DNA from: Rhizomicrobium sp.
Lineage (GTDB): Bacteria > Pseudomonadota > Alphaproteobacteria > Micropepsales > Micropepsaceae
DNA: 52,016 bases
Reading direction: 5' to 3'
NCBI GenBank assembly: GCA_035517755.1
Contig: DATIYG010000142.1
Span: 1 to 52,016 of the forward strand
Shown here: piece by piece, positions 38,607 to 48,080 of the stretch
Numbering within the stretch: the first letter of the stretch is position 1
How the letters are laid out: each line of letters opens with the position of its first letter
Notes under the pieces: generated by a model
The model's input: only the letters and a program-made list of their open reading frames with translations
The model's database searches: none
Told to the model about the DNA's origin: nothing
Program-made: the position numbers and the translations under genes

Positions 38607-39536
38607 GTGTCTGATATCTATCGATCCGCGTCGGCTTCCGACGAAGCCGTGGAGCCGCAGCCGCCGGTGCTTGGCACAGGCGAAACGCTCAAGCGAATCC
38701 TCGAGCAGCTCGCCATAACGTGGCGGACGATCCTGAGCCGCATTTCCTTCTGGACGATCGTGCTGGCCGCCGCTGGCCTCTCCTCGGTTTACTATTTCAT
38801 CTTTGCTGAATCGCTTTACGATTCGAATTCCATTCTGAGCCTCCAGAGCAAGTCATCGGTCTCTTCCGGCGCTTCCTCGGTTCTAAGCGGAGTGATGGGT
38901 GGGAGCGCCGGTGGCGTCCAGACCCAGCAGCTCTATGAATACATCACTTCGATGGATATGCTGAAGGTGCTCGACAAGCAGTTTCATCTCCGGCAGCTCT
39001 ATTCCTCGTCGCAGCGCAATCCATTCATGCGATTGTGGTGGCCGTCGAGTGATGACCAGTTCCTCGACTTTTATCAGAACATGGTGGCCGTCGTGCCCGA
39101 CACGACGAACAGTCTGCTCACGATCGATGTTCTCGATTATGATTCGAAACGTGCCAAAGCCATCTCAGACGCCATCGTTTTGCAGTCCCAGAAATTCCTG
39201 AACGACCAAGCCGCGGTCATGCAGAAGCAGACGATGGCGTTCGCCCAGACTGAGTTGCAGAATTCGCTCAAGGCAGTGCAGGCCGCGAAGATTCCGTACG
39301 AGCAATCCATTGCCGAAATGCGTTTGTCGGCGGCTCAGTCGGCCCTGGCGACGGCGACCGGCCTCGCCAATCAGCAGGCGCAATTCATCATTCCGGTTGC
39401 TGCGCCGACGCTGCCCACCAACACGACGAGGCCGGAACGCATTCTCGACATTGCGGGCATCACGGTTGTTGCTGCGATCACTTATGCTGTCGCATTCCTG
39501 ATGTGGGCAAACGTGCGCGACCATCGCCGCGCCTGA
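38607..39536 (+). CDS. KpsE-like polysaccharide co-polymerase/export protein (short)
   Basis: N- and C-terminal TM helices, with YY...Y.S.S, YEYITSMDML..LD, PTLP and a terminal VRDH. Confidence 0.8.
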   Translation: MSDIYRSASASDEAVEPQPPVLGTGETLKRILEQLAITWRTILSRISFWTIVLAAAGLSSVYYFIFAESLYDSNSILSLQSKSSVSSGASSVLSGVMGGSAGGVQTQQLYEYITSMDMLKVLDKQFHLRQLYSSSQRNPFMRLWWPSSDDQFLDFYQNMVAVVPDTTNSLLTIDVLDYDSKRAKAISDAIVLQSQKFLNDQAAVMQKQTMAFAQTELQNSLKAVQAAKIPYEQSIAEMRLSAAQSALATATGLANQQAQFIIPVAAPTLPTNTTRPERILDIAGITVVAAITYAVAFLMWANVRDHRRA

Positions 39537-39710
39537 AGGCGGCGGCGTCTGGCAAAGGGCATGGCAACGGACGCTGGGACGAGACGGCATGCCGTCCCGG
39601 ATTGCCGACATTTAATGCTGGATTGACAACGGCTTGCCGCAATATGCAGGCTCAACGTCAGGTGAGGGGTCACCGATTGCGCCGAGTGGGCGCAAGACCA
39701 GGAGTACGTA

Positions 39711-40166
39711 ATGCAAGCGTTTCGCGTTTTGATGCTTTCCGCGGCGTCAGCCGCCCTCATGGGGGGAGCAGCGATGGCGCAATCGCCCGCCGGCGCGCCG
39801 CCTCCGGCACAGATGAGTCAGCCCTACGCCCATCGCCCGCATGCACATCAGGCCAGGGTTCCGCACGAACTGAGGATTGTGTGGCGTCAGGAAGTGCGCG
39901 GTCAGCTCAAATCCCTGCCACCTGAAGAACGCCGGGGTTGGATGCGTCGCCAGTGGGCATCGATGTCTGATGGCCAGCGCCAGGCGAAGCTCGCAGAGTT
40001 GCAGGCAAAATGGGATGCGATGCCGCCGAAGGCGCGCACCGCGCTGCTCGACCGTGCGGCCGCGCATCAAGAGGCGCGCAGGGCCAGGCGGGCCGCGATG
40101 AACACGGGACCTGGGGCTGACGAACCGGGGCCGCCGCCACCGCCGCCAAGCGGTCCCTCGCACTGA
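39711..40166 (+). CDS. Small secreted helical protein (DUF3106-like)
   Basis: Signal peptide ending AMA-Q, repeats LKSLPPEER / WASMSDGQR / WDAMPPKAR and Pro-rich ends. RBS AGGAG. Confidence 0.65.
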   Translation: MQAFRVLMLSAASAALMGGAAMAQSPAGAPPPAQMSQPYAHRPHAHQARVPHELRIVWRQEVRGQLKSLPPEERRGWMRRQWASMSDGQRQAKLAELQAKWDAMPPKARTALLDRAAAHQEARRARRAAMNTGPGADEPGPPPPPPSGPSH

Positions 40167-40497
40167 AACGATATTGAGGTGAAAGCAGCAGCCGGGATGT
40201 TCGTCCCGGCTGTTGCGTCTTTGCTCCTCGTCCGGGCAAGCCGGGTCCATCGTCTGCGTGCGGCGGAAATCTCGGGGAAGAGGGGAGCAGGGAAGGTTAC
40301 GATTGCGCACGAACCTCTGAGCTTGGCCAAATTCTCCGCGAATCTGTTGCAGCGGCCGGGCTCTTTGCGGAAAAATCAGACGTGGATGGCAGCTTGGATG
40401 CAGATGTACGGTCTCTTGCATGCGGCATTTGGTGCTGGAATTGCCGTGACAGTCGAGCTGCCGGTGCGCACGGCTGCGCTCAACGCCGCCGCCTGAT

Positions 40498-41712
40498 ATG
40501 CGTACCTTCGTTCCGCTCTTCCTGCTCGGAACGCTTGCGACCCCGGCGTCGGCCGCGATCGACATCGGCGCGAGCGGTTACATCGATCTCAGGCTTGTCG
40601 CGCCGCTGGACGAACGAAGCTGGCTCGATGGCGGATTGGGCAAGACCCGTTACGGGAAAGGCGATTCCAATTTCCAGTTCGCCGGCGCGGTCGGCCAGGG
40701 CTATGTCCTGTTCACCCCTGAGATCATGGTGTCCGCGACGGCCCGCGCCGAACCCGAGCAGAAGAACGCCGTCGATCTCATCGAGAGCTACATCCGCTAC
40801 CGGCCCGTTTCGACCAATGCGTGGCGATGGTCGGTGAAGGCGGGCGCCTTCTTCGCCCCGTTCTCGCTCGAAAACACCGAGATCGGATGGTCGAGTTATT
40901 GGACGATTACGCCATCCGCCATCAATTCCTGGTTCGGGCAGGAGCTTCGCACCATCGGCGCCGAGGGAACGGCGGACTGGCGCACGGATGAAGGCTCACT
41001 CGAATTCGTCGCGGCCGCCTTTGGCTGGAACGATCCGGCCGGTGTGATGATCGCAGATCGCGGCTGGACGATGGACGACACGCCGACGAGCCTGTTCGAT
41101 CGCTTGCGCGAACCGGATGCCACCGTCTTGCTGTTCGGCGGCAAGCCGCCGGACCACACACCGATCTTCGAGGAATTGGATAACAACGCCGGCTGGTACA
41201 CGGGTGTGTCCTGGGACGATGATGGCGGCTGGCATCTGGAAGCCGAGCGCTACGACAACGAAGCCGATCCGTCCGCCCATCACGATGACTATTTCGCCTG
41301 GCGCACGCATTTCTGGAATGCTGGGTTCTCGTGGCGAGACGGTGAGTTTAGTGTCATCTCGCAGGCACTGACCGGGGACACGACGATCGAACCCTTCTCG
41401 GGGTTCGACAGCACCACGGTTTTTCAGTCCGCGTACCTGCTGGGTGGCTGGGAGCGCGGGGAATGGCGTTTGGCGTTGCGCGGCGACTGGTTCCGCACCA
41501 AGACGCACAACAATTTCGGACCGTCGCCGCTGCTCAGCGAAAACGGCAGTGCCGTCACGGCCGCCGTGAGCTGGCTGCCGAAGGACTGGGTGCGGCTCAC
41601 CGGCGAAGTGCTGTGGATCGAAAGCAAGCGCGACGAGCGTATCATCACCGGTGAGGACCCGAGCCAAAGCGGTGTGCAGGCGCAATTCTCTGCGCGCTTC
41701 TACCTCGAATAG
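40498..41712 (+). CDS. Putative outer-membrane beta-barrel protein
   Basis: Signal peptide ending ASA-A, Trp/Tyr/Gly-rich alternating strands and a C-terminal QFSARFYLE. Confidence 0.75.
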   Translation: MRTFVPLFLLGTLATPASAAIDIGASGYIDLRLVAPLDERSWLDGGLGKTRYGKGDSNFQFAGAVGQGYVLFTPEIMVSATARAEPEQKNAVDLIESYIRYRPVSTNAWRWSVKAGAFFAPFSLENTEIGWSSYWTITPSAINSWFGQELRTIGAEGTADWRTDEGSLEFVAAAFGWNDPAGVMIADRGWTMDDTPTSLFDRLREPDATVLLFGGKPPDHTPIFEELDNNAGWYTGVSWDDDGGWHLEAERYDNEADPSAHHDDYFAWRTHFWNAGFSWRDGEFSVISQALTGDTTIEPFSGFDSTTVFQSAYLLGGWERGEWRLALRGDWFRTKTHNNFGPSPLLSENGSAVTAAVSWLPKDWVRLTGEVLWIESKRDERIITGEDPSQSGVQAQFSARFYLE

Positions 41713-41752
41713 CCGTTCATCCGTCTGGCGCCGCGCAGTCCGAGTCGCCAAT

Positions 41753-43651
41753 ATGCGGCGGCACACGGATTCGCCCGATGCCGCGGCCATTCGCCGGAGT
41801 TCTCCACTGACCAGGATCTTCCGCAACGCAGGCGACCTCGCCGGCTTCATTCTCGGCACCGTTGGCCACGATATCGTGCTGGGGTTGCCGCTCGGGCTCG
41901 GCAAGGCGAACGATATCGCCAACGCGATCTACGCGCGCGCCGCGGCGGATCCATCCATCCGCTTGCGCATCTTTTCGGCGCTCACACTGGAGAAACCGTC
42001 CTACCATAACGAGGTCGAGCGGCGATTTCTGGAACCGGTGATCGAACGGCTGTTTGGTGGCTACCCCGAACTGGCCTACGCGAAGGCGCTGCGTCACGGT
42101 GGACTGCCATCCAATATCGAGGTCAACGAGTTTTTCTTTCTCGCCGGGCGTTGGCTCGGCAATCCGCGCGCGCAACAGGACTATATCTCGGCGAACTACA
42201 GTCATGTCGCGCGCCTGGTCGACCATCGCGGGATCAATGTGATCGCGCAGCTGGTGGCCAAGCGAGGGGAGGGTGATGCGGCCCGCTACAGTCTCTCCTG
42301 CAACACCGACATCACGGTGGATTCCCTGCGCCAGCGCGCAGGCGGGAAGGCAAGCTTCCTGCTGGTGGGCCAGGTCAATTCGGAATTGCCCTTCATGCCG
42401 GGTGAAGCGGAATTCCCGGCCAGCGAATTCGCGGCGATCCTTGACGATCCGACGACGGATTTTCCACTGTTCGCCCCGCCCAAGGAGCCGATCGGCCTGG
42501 CGGAATATGCCACCGGCTTTCACATCGCGCGGCTGATTCCCGACGGTGGCACCCTGCAAATCGGCATAGGCCAGGAAGGCGATGCTGCGGTCCATGCGCT
42601 GATCCTGCGGCACAAGGAGAACACGGCATTCCGCGAAGCGACCGCGGCGCTCTGCCCATCCGACCAGCTCAAAAGCGCAGAGGTTGCGCCCTTCACGGAT
42701 GGCCTTTACGCCGCAACCGAAATGCTCGTGGACAGCCTGCTCAATCTCTACGCGGCGGGAATCCTCAAGCGTGAGGTGGGTGGCGCTGTTGCAAATGCCG
42801 GATTCTTTGTCGGCCCGAAGGCCTTCTACAAGACATTGCGCGAGATGCCGGATGCCGAGCGCGCGAAGTTTCAGATGCGCGCGATCACTTTCACAAATGC
42901 GCTTTACGGCGATGAGACCGCCAAGCGCGCAGCGCGCGTGAAGGCGCGGTTCATCAACAACACCATGATGGCGACTCTGCTGGGCGAAGCGGCGTCCGAT
43001 ACGCTCGAAGATGGTCGCGTTGTCAGCGGCGTCGGCGGGCAGCACGATTTTGTCGAACAGGCGTTTGCCCTCAACGGCGCGCGATCCATCCTCACTGTGA
43101 AGGCGACGCGCTCATCGCGCGGCAAGATCACCTCGAATATCCGGTGGTCGGTGCCGCACATCACCGTCCCGCGGCACATGCGCGATATCATTGTCAGCGA
43201 ATTCGGTGTTGCCGATCTGCGGGGGAAGTCCGACGCGGAGTGCATCGCTGCCATGCTCAACATTGCGGATTCGCGCTTCCAGCCGGAATTGCTGCGCACC
43301 GCGAAAGCGGCGGGCAAGCTGCCGTCGCGCTACGAAATCCCTGCGGAGCATCGCAACAACACGCCGGAGCGCATCGTCGCGGCGCTGAAGCCCTTGCAGG
43401 AGCGCAGGCTGCTGCCGCTCTTTCCGCTTGGCACCGATTTCACGCCGGTGGAGCAGCGTCTCGTCCCGATTCTGGCGCGCATGGCGGACGCCTCGCAATC
43501 CGCCCGCGAACTGGCCGCGCTGGGTCTGAAGGGTCTCTTTCACCGGCACCAGGATCCGGAGGCCCTTGCCAGGCTGGGCCTGGATCGTCCGCGTTCGCTT
43601 GCCGACAGGCTTTATCGCATCCTTCTACAAGGGGCGCTTCTGGACTCTTAG
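41753..43651 (+). CDS. Acetyl-CoA hydrolase/CoA-transferase family protein
   Basis: Has LPLGLGKAN, LSCNTD, DGGTLQIGIG, SGVGGQHDF and EFGVADLRGK. The start is inferred. Confidence 0.88.
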   Translation: MRRHTDSPDAAAIRRSSPLTRIFRNAGDLAGFILGTVGHDIVLGLPLGLGKANDIANAIYARAAADPSIRLRIFSALTLEKPSYHNEVERRFLEPVIERLFGGYPELAYAKALRHGGLPSNIEVNEFFFLAGRWLGNPRAQQDYISANYSHVARLVDHRGINVIAQLVAKRGEGDAARYSLSCNTDITVDSLRQRAGGKASFLLVGQVNSELPFMPGEAEFPASEFAAILDDPTTDFPLFAPPKEPIGLAEYATGFHIARLIPDGGTLQIGIGQEGDAAVHALILRHKENTAFREATAALCPSDQLKSAEVAPFTDGLYAATEMLVDSLLNLYAAGILKREVGGAVANAGFFVGPKAFYKTLREMPDAERAKFQMRAITFTNALYGDETAKRAARVKARFINNTMMATLLGEAASDTLEDGRVVSGVGGQHDFVEQAFALNGARSILTVKATRSSRGKITSNIRWSVPHITVPRHMRDIIVSEFGVADLRGKSDAECIAAMLNIADSRFQPELLRTAKAAGKLPSRYEIPAEHRNNTPERIVAALKPLQERRLLPLFPLGTDFTPVEQRLVPILARMADASQSARELAALGLKGLFHRHQDPEALARLGLDRPRSLADRLYRILLQGALLDS

Positions 43652-43720
43652 GGTCCGGAAACCCTAGGAACGGATCGCGCCGCATCCCGTTGGTTCACGG
43701 AGCCGAAGGAGATTCCACCC

Positions 43721-44167
43721 ATGCAGAGATTGTCACGCAATGCCATCATCCGGTCCGCCACGCGCAATCTGGATTCCATCTGGCCTGATCATTTGCCAAG
43801 TCTCATGCGCTCACGGGAAGCGGCGGCGCACAATGCGCTCGCGATCGGCATGATCGCCGGCGGCTTCATGGCGATCGGCATGCTGGCCATTGCCCGGCTC
43901 GCCATCGGCCGGATGTCAGTCGGCAAACTGCATTTGCGCGAGCTGGAGATCGACGATCTTACTGTGCATCGTGTGCACAATGGATCGCGGCCGGCCGAAG
44001 TGCCTTACGTGCATCAGCCGGAAGGCGATGAGAGCGAGGGTCTCGCCGTATCTCCGGAGGAGGCATTCACGAAGGAGGACCTCGCTTCCGATGGGCAATC
44101 GGGCAAGCGTGGGAAGGGCAAGAAGAACGGCTCCGAGGGCGAAACCGAAGGCGGCAAGCCGCACTAG
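43721..44167 (+). CDS. Hypothetical small membrane protein
   Basis: Hydrophobic AIG-repeat segment, LEIDDLTV and a charged tail. RBS AAGGAG. Confidence 0.6.
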   Translation: MQRLSRNAIIRSATRNLDSIWPDHLPSLMRSREAAAHNALAIGMIAGGFMAIGMLAIARLAIGRMSVGKLHLRELEIDDLTVHRVHNGSRPAEVPYVHQPEGDESEGLAVSPEEAFTKEDLASDGQSGKRGKGKKNGSEGETEGGKPH

Positions 44168-44175
44168 CGAACGCC

Positions 44176-44199
44176 CCTCTTCCGGCATGCCGGAAGAGG
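44176..44199. terminator. Perfect 24-bp palindrome between convergent genes (possible bidirectional terminator)
   Basis: CCTCTTCCGGCA/TGCCGGAAGAGG, with no clear U-tract. Confidence 0.5.
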
Positions 44200-44214
44200 C
44201 AGCGACCGGAGCGA

Positions 44215-44514
44215 TCAGGCCTTCTGTTCCATACCGAGCTTGGTGCGCACGGACTCCGCGATGAATTTGTCGCGTTCCGGTCCCTTGAGCTTCTTCTCGA
44301 TCGCTGCCTTCTTCGCTTCGATCATCGCTGGCCGGATTGTCTCCTTCACGTGCGCGCGCACTTTCTCGCGCATCTGATCGTCAGGTGTGCCCTGGGCACG
44401 CAAATCCTTCGCAAACTTCTTGCGTGCCTCCATCATGACGGGATTCTTTTTCTTCTTCTCGCCGGCTTCCCTATCCGCGCGGCCGGCCTTTTTGCCACCT
44501 TCACCCTTCGCCAT
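44215..44514 (-). CDS. Small Lys-rich hypothetical protein
   Basis: Strong RBS AAGGAG before ATG 44514; 99 aa, helical and basic. Confidence 0.7.
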   Translation of the reverse strand: MAKGEGGKKAGRADREAGEKKKKNPVMMEARKKFAKDLRAQGTPDDQMREKVRAHVKETIRPAMIEAKKAAIEKKLKGPERDKFIAESVRTKLGMEQKA

Positions 44515-44613
44515 TACGCTCTCCTTCGGCTCAAATTTGGCGGCTACCTCTAAGCAGGAAGAGCCTGTGAGGCAAGGCAAATCGGAACAATTTGGCCCTG
44601 ATTCCCGGGGGCG

Positions 44614-45453
44614 CTATCGCTTGATCAAGATGGCGAACAGGCCCTTGCCATTGAAGCGGCGATGGTCCGGCCGGACCGGTTCGGCCGCACAAACTAGAGC
44701 GTCACAGCCGGCTCGGCCACGAACGAAAGAACCGAAGCCGCCGTTCGAGTCGATGTCGTCGATGACCGCCAGGCCGCCTGGCCGTAGGGCAGCCCAGGCG
44801 TGCTCCATCTCGAAGCGGACGTTTTCTTCGGTATGCAGGCTATCGTGGACGAAGAGGTCGATCGGGCCGAGACGCTTCAGAAGAGGCGGCAGGTAGCGCT
44901 TGCTGGAACCGGCCAGCAGCGTCCATCGGTTGCGCAGCGTTTGGTTGACCGCAATGCCAACCCTGGCACGCATTGCCGCGTCGAGCGGAGGCCGATCGAT
45001 GCTGGAGAGATGTCCTGCGCCGTTGCGGGCAAGCGCCTCGAGAATGAGGCGCGAGGTGAAGCCATGCCCGACACCGGTTTCGACGACGTGAGACGGCTTC
45101 AAATGCCGAACGATGCACCAGACCGCACGCACCAGCGCCGCGTCGCCATCATTGTAACCGGCGAAGCTTGCGGGACCGACATCGACGCCACTGGCGCGAA
45201 CCTCTCGCACGACCTGCTGCCACAGTGGCCAGAATGCACCGCGCCCGTCACAGGAACGCCCGCTACCGAGCCATGCGTGCAACTGCTCCTCCCAGTCCGG
45301 AGTCTCTTCGTAGAGGTGGACCGGGGTTTCGTACTCTTTCTGCTGAACCAAACGGTCGTGCAGTTTCTCCCAGACCTGCGCAGGATCGTTGGCGAGCGCG
45401 CGCGCCAACCTTCCGGGATAGCGCACCGCATAATTGAGGACGGTGCCAAGCAT
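44614..45453 (-). CDS. Class I SAM-dependent methyltransferase (Methyltransf_24-like)
   Basis: Has VVETGVGHGFTS, LSSID, IDLFVHDSLH and LRPGG..VIDD. The start is inferred. Confidence 0.85.
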   Translation of the reverse strand: MLGTVLNYAVRYPGRLARALANDPAQVWEKLHDRLVQQKEYETPVHLYEETPDWEEQLHAWLGSGRSCDGRGAFWPLWQQVVREVRASGVDVGPASFAGYNDGDAALVRAVWCIVRHLKPSHVVETGVGHGFTSRLILEALARNGAGHLSSIDRPPLDAAMRARVGIAVNQTLRNRWTLLAGSSKRYLPPLLKRLGPIDLFVHDSLHTEENVRFEMEHAWAALRPGGLAVIDDIDSNGGFGSFVRGRAGCDALVCAAEPVRPDHRRFNGKGLFAILIKR

Positions 45454-45457
45454 ATCG

Positions 45458-46702
45458 CTAGCTCCCTGCCGTCGCAGCGCTAGGCAACGGAACGTCGCGC
45501 GGCACAGAATGACCGGCAATCGCTGCGGCCACGCGCGGCGGTCGGTGCTTCCGGATGGATGGGATCGCTTTCAGACAGGCGCGCAGGATTGCCGGGTCGT
45601 CCCACGGCACGTCATGGTGGCCGCTCGCCAGATGCGGGCTTGCGGGATCCTTCAGCCAGGTGTTCGGAAAAAAGACCACAGTGTCGTTCGCGATCGCAGG
45701 ACGCTGACCGGACGCGGATGTGATGCAACCTGTCAGCGCGGCAGCGAGGTCGCAGCCTGGGCCGAATGGAAGCGTGCCGCCTTGCGTGGCGCGTGGATTG
45801 ATCTCGATGAGATGCAGCGCGCCATCGGCATCGCGAATGAAATCGAGTCCGAACAGTCCCGACAGTCCGAAATGACGCGCAGTCTTGCGCGAAGCCTCTT
45901 CCATCTCGGGGCAATCGATGCGCCTCACGACGCTCGGTGGCCCTGTGACGCCATCCGCCACAAGGACGTCGTAGGCGAGGAAGCCTGCGAGTTCGCCTTT
46001 CCAGGCAGCGAAGGCGCTTGCCGCGGGCCGTCCCGGCACGAAGCGCTGTATGCTTACGGGGCGCGCGCGCGGCGCGAGGACGCCTTTCAGGCAATGCGCA
46101 TCCTTTCGTCGCCACGCCCGAGCAAGACTGCGCGTTCGCGAGATGGGGTAGGCAAGCTTGCGGAAGGCTGAGACTGCCTGCTCGCGTGTGGTCACGACCT
46201 GCACGCCGTCACCACCCCAGCTCCCGTCCACCTTGATGACCGCGGGCAGCCCAAGAATGCGCAGACAATCGTCAAGTCCGGCTTCGGTCGCGACGGCGTA
46301 GGTGTCGGGCGTCCGGATGCCGAGCGCCCGCGCGATCGCGAGCGATCCGTTGCGCGACAGCATCTGGCCGTAGTTTTCGGGCACGCCAAGCGATCGAGCG
46401 ATCACAGACGCGAGGGGAGAAACTTTCGGCTCACGCTCATAAAGGGACAGCAGAGTCTCTACTGCCCGGTCATCGCAGGACACGATCAGGTCCGGTTCGG
46501 AGCGGCGGATGGCTTCCTTCAGCGAGGCGCGTGCAAGAATGGGACGATAAAGATGGGAGGCCGAAACATAACGGCTTTCGGTGACCGGTGCGCCGTCCGG
46601 AGCCACGGCCTCGACGGTCGCGCCGGCGAGGGCAAAACCCGCCGCATGCCTGGCTGTCGACGTCCATTTCAAAGTCGTCGAGATTAAGATTTTGCAACCC
46701 AT
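45458..46702 (-). CDS. ATP-grasp domain protein
   Basis: Has GIRTPDT, LPAVIKVDGSWGGDGV, IQRFVPG, GLFGLDFI and LIEINPR. Confidence 0.88.
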   Translation of the reverse strand: MGCKILISTTLKWTSTARHAAGFALAGATVEAVAPDGAPVTESRYVSASHLYRPILARASLKEAIRRSEPDLIVSCDDRAVETLLSLYEREPKVSPLASVIARSLGVPENYGQMLSRNGSLAIARALGIRTPDTYAVATEAGLDDCLRILGLPAVIKVDGSWGGDGVQVVTTREQAVSAFRKLAYPISRTRSLARAWRRKDAHCLKGVLAPRARPVSIQRFVPGRPAASAFAAWKGELAGFLAYDVLVADGVTGPPSVVRRIDCPEMEEASRKTARHFGLSGLFGLDFIRDADGALHLIEINPRATQGGTLPFGPGCDLAAALTGCITSASGQRPAIANDTVVFFPNTWLKDPASPHLASGHHDVPWDDPAILRACLKAIPSIRKHRPPRVAAAIAGHSVPRDVPLPSAATAGS

Positions 46703-46850
46703 CGCGCCCGACCTCCCTGTCCGCGCGCGTAGAGCTCTGCACGAACCGTTCCTGGCACAGTTTTGGAAGGAAACCGCGAGCGGCGCGCCGTTGTGCGCGT
46801 CAAAGGTTTGATTTGGGACAGACGTCTCGAAACGGAACGGGCGGGATCAC

Positions 46851-48074
46851 ATGAGCAAGATTTGCGATGTTGCGGTTATCGGCGCGGGGCCATACGGCCT
46901 TTCCCTTGCGGCGCACCTTGCGGCGCGCGGGATCGATTTCCGGGTTTTCGGCAAGCCCCTGTCGACCTGGTCGCAGCATATGCCGAAGAACATGACGCTC
47001 AAATCCGACGGCTTCGCGTCCAATCTGTCGGCCCCCGACGGCGCCACCTCCATGAAGGCGTGGTGCGCCATGAAAGGTATCGCGTACGCCGATCAGGCCC
47101 TGCCCATTCCGCTTGATACGTTCCTTGACTATGCGAATGCGTTCCGCAACCGCCACGTGCCGATGCTCGAGGAGACGAATGTCGCGCGCCTTTCACATGA
47201 CGGCGGCCTCTTTTCGTTGACGCTCGAAACCGGCGACAAAGTCCTCGCGCGCAATGTCGTGCTGGCCGTCGGTGTCACGCATTTCTCATGGATGCCGGAC
47301 ATGCTGGCCGCGCTCCCGAAGGATTTTGTCTCGCATTCCTTCCAGCACCGAAACGTCGACCAGTTCAAAGGCCGGGATGTCACCGTGATCGGCGCCGGCT
47401 CCTCGGCCATCGATCTCGCCTGGCTGCTGCACGAGGAAGGCGCCAATGTCTCTATCGTCGCTCGCGCCAGCGAGGTGGTCTACAACAAGCTGCCGGACGC
47501 CTACGAAGAAACGCTGATCGGCCGCATCCACCGGCCTGCTTCGGGTATCGGACGCGGCTGGCGCTCTTACTTCTGCGCCCAGGCGCCGCTTCTGTTCTAC
47601 CGCCTGCCGGAAAACCTGCGCCTTCGCGCCATCGAGAGCCACATGCATCCTGCCGGCGGCTTCTTCATGCGCGACAAGGTGGAAGGCGCCATCCCGCAAC
47701 TGCTTGGCCGCACGATCAAGGCGGCAAAGGTGTGCGACGGCAAGGTTGAATTGTCGGTGGCGGATCACTCAGGCCGCGAGGAAACGATCGTCGGCGATCA
47801 TGTCATCGCCGCGACCGGCTACGAACCCGACATGCGCAAGGTCCCGTTCCTCGACGAGATGATCGTCAAGCGCATCAGCCCGGCGAAATTCGTCACGCCC
47901 CTCTCCGACACATTCGAAACAAGGGTGAAGGGATTGTTCACGATGGGCCTGCCGGCGATGCGCAGCTTCGGACCGCTGATGCGCTTCATGGTCGGCGCCG
48001 AGTTCGCGGCACCGCGCGTGGCGCAAGCGCTCGAGCAGGCTGTCGGCCGTTCGCAGCTCAGGCGTGCTGCTTAG
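46851..48074 (+). CDS. FAD/NAD(P)-dependent oxidoreductase (flavin monooxygenase-like)
   Basis: Has VIGAGPYG (FAD), a second VIGAGSSA (NAD(P)H), MTLKS, IAATGY and FGPLMRF. Confidence 0.87.
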   Translation: MSKICDVAVIGAGPYGLSLAAHLAARGIDFRVFGKPLSTWSQHMPKNMTLKSDGFASNLSAPDGATSMKAWCAMKGIAYADQALPIPLDTFLDYANAFRNRHVPMLEETNVARLSHDGGLFSLTLETGDKVLARNVVLAVGVTHFSWMPDMLAALPKDFVSHSFQHRNVDQFKGRDVTVIGAGSSAIDLAWLLHEEGANVSIVARASEVVYNKLPDAYEETLIGRIHRPASGIGRGWRSYFCAQAPLLFYRLPENLRLRAIESHMHPAGGFFMRDKVEGAIPQLLGRTIKAAKVCDGKVELSVADHSGREETIVGDHVIAATGYEPDMRKVPFLDEMIVKRISPAKFVTPLSDTFETRVKGLFTMGLPAMRSFGPLMRFMVGAEFAAPRVAQALEQAVGRSQLRRAA

Positions 48075-48080
48075 GGCGCT

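Noticed and set aside
9440-39536. Genomic island integrated at tRNA-Lys
   Set aside because: I found no integrase or transposase and no convincing duplicate of the tRNA 3' end. One pathway gene also lies on the other side of the tRNA.
40179-40496. 105-aa ORF between the small secreted protein and the beta-barrel gene
   Set aside because: It has no motif and atypical codon usage, and may be promoter or leader sequence. A short 3' peptide cannot be excluded.
46753-46767. Sigma54 promoter between the ATP-grasp and flavoprotein genes
   Set aside because: TGGCAC is present but the -12 TTGC element is not at the required spacing.
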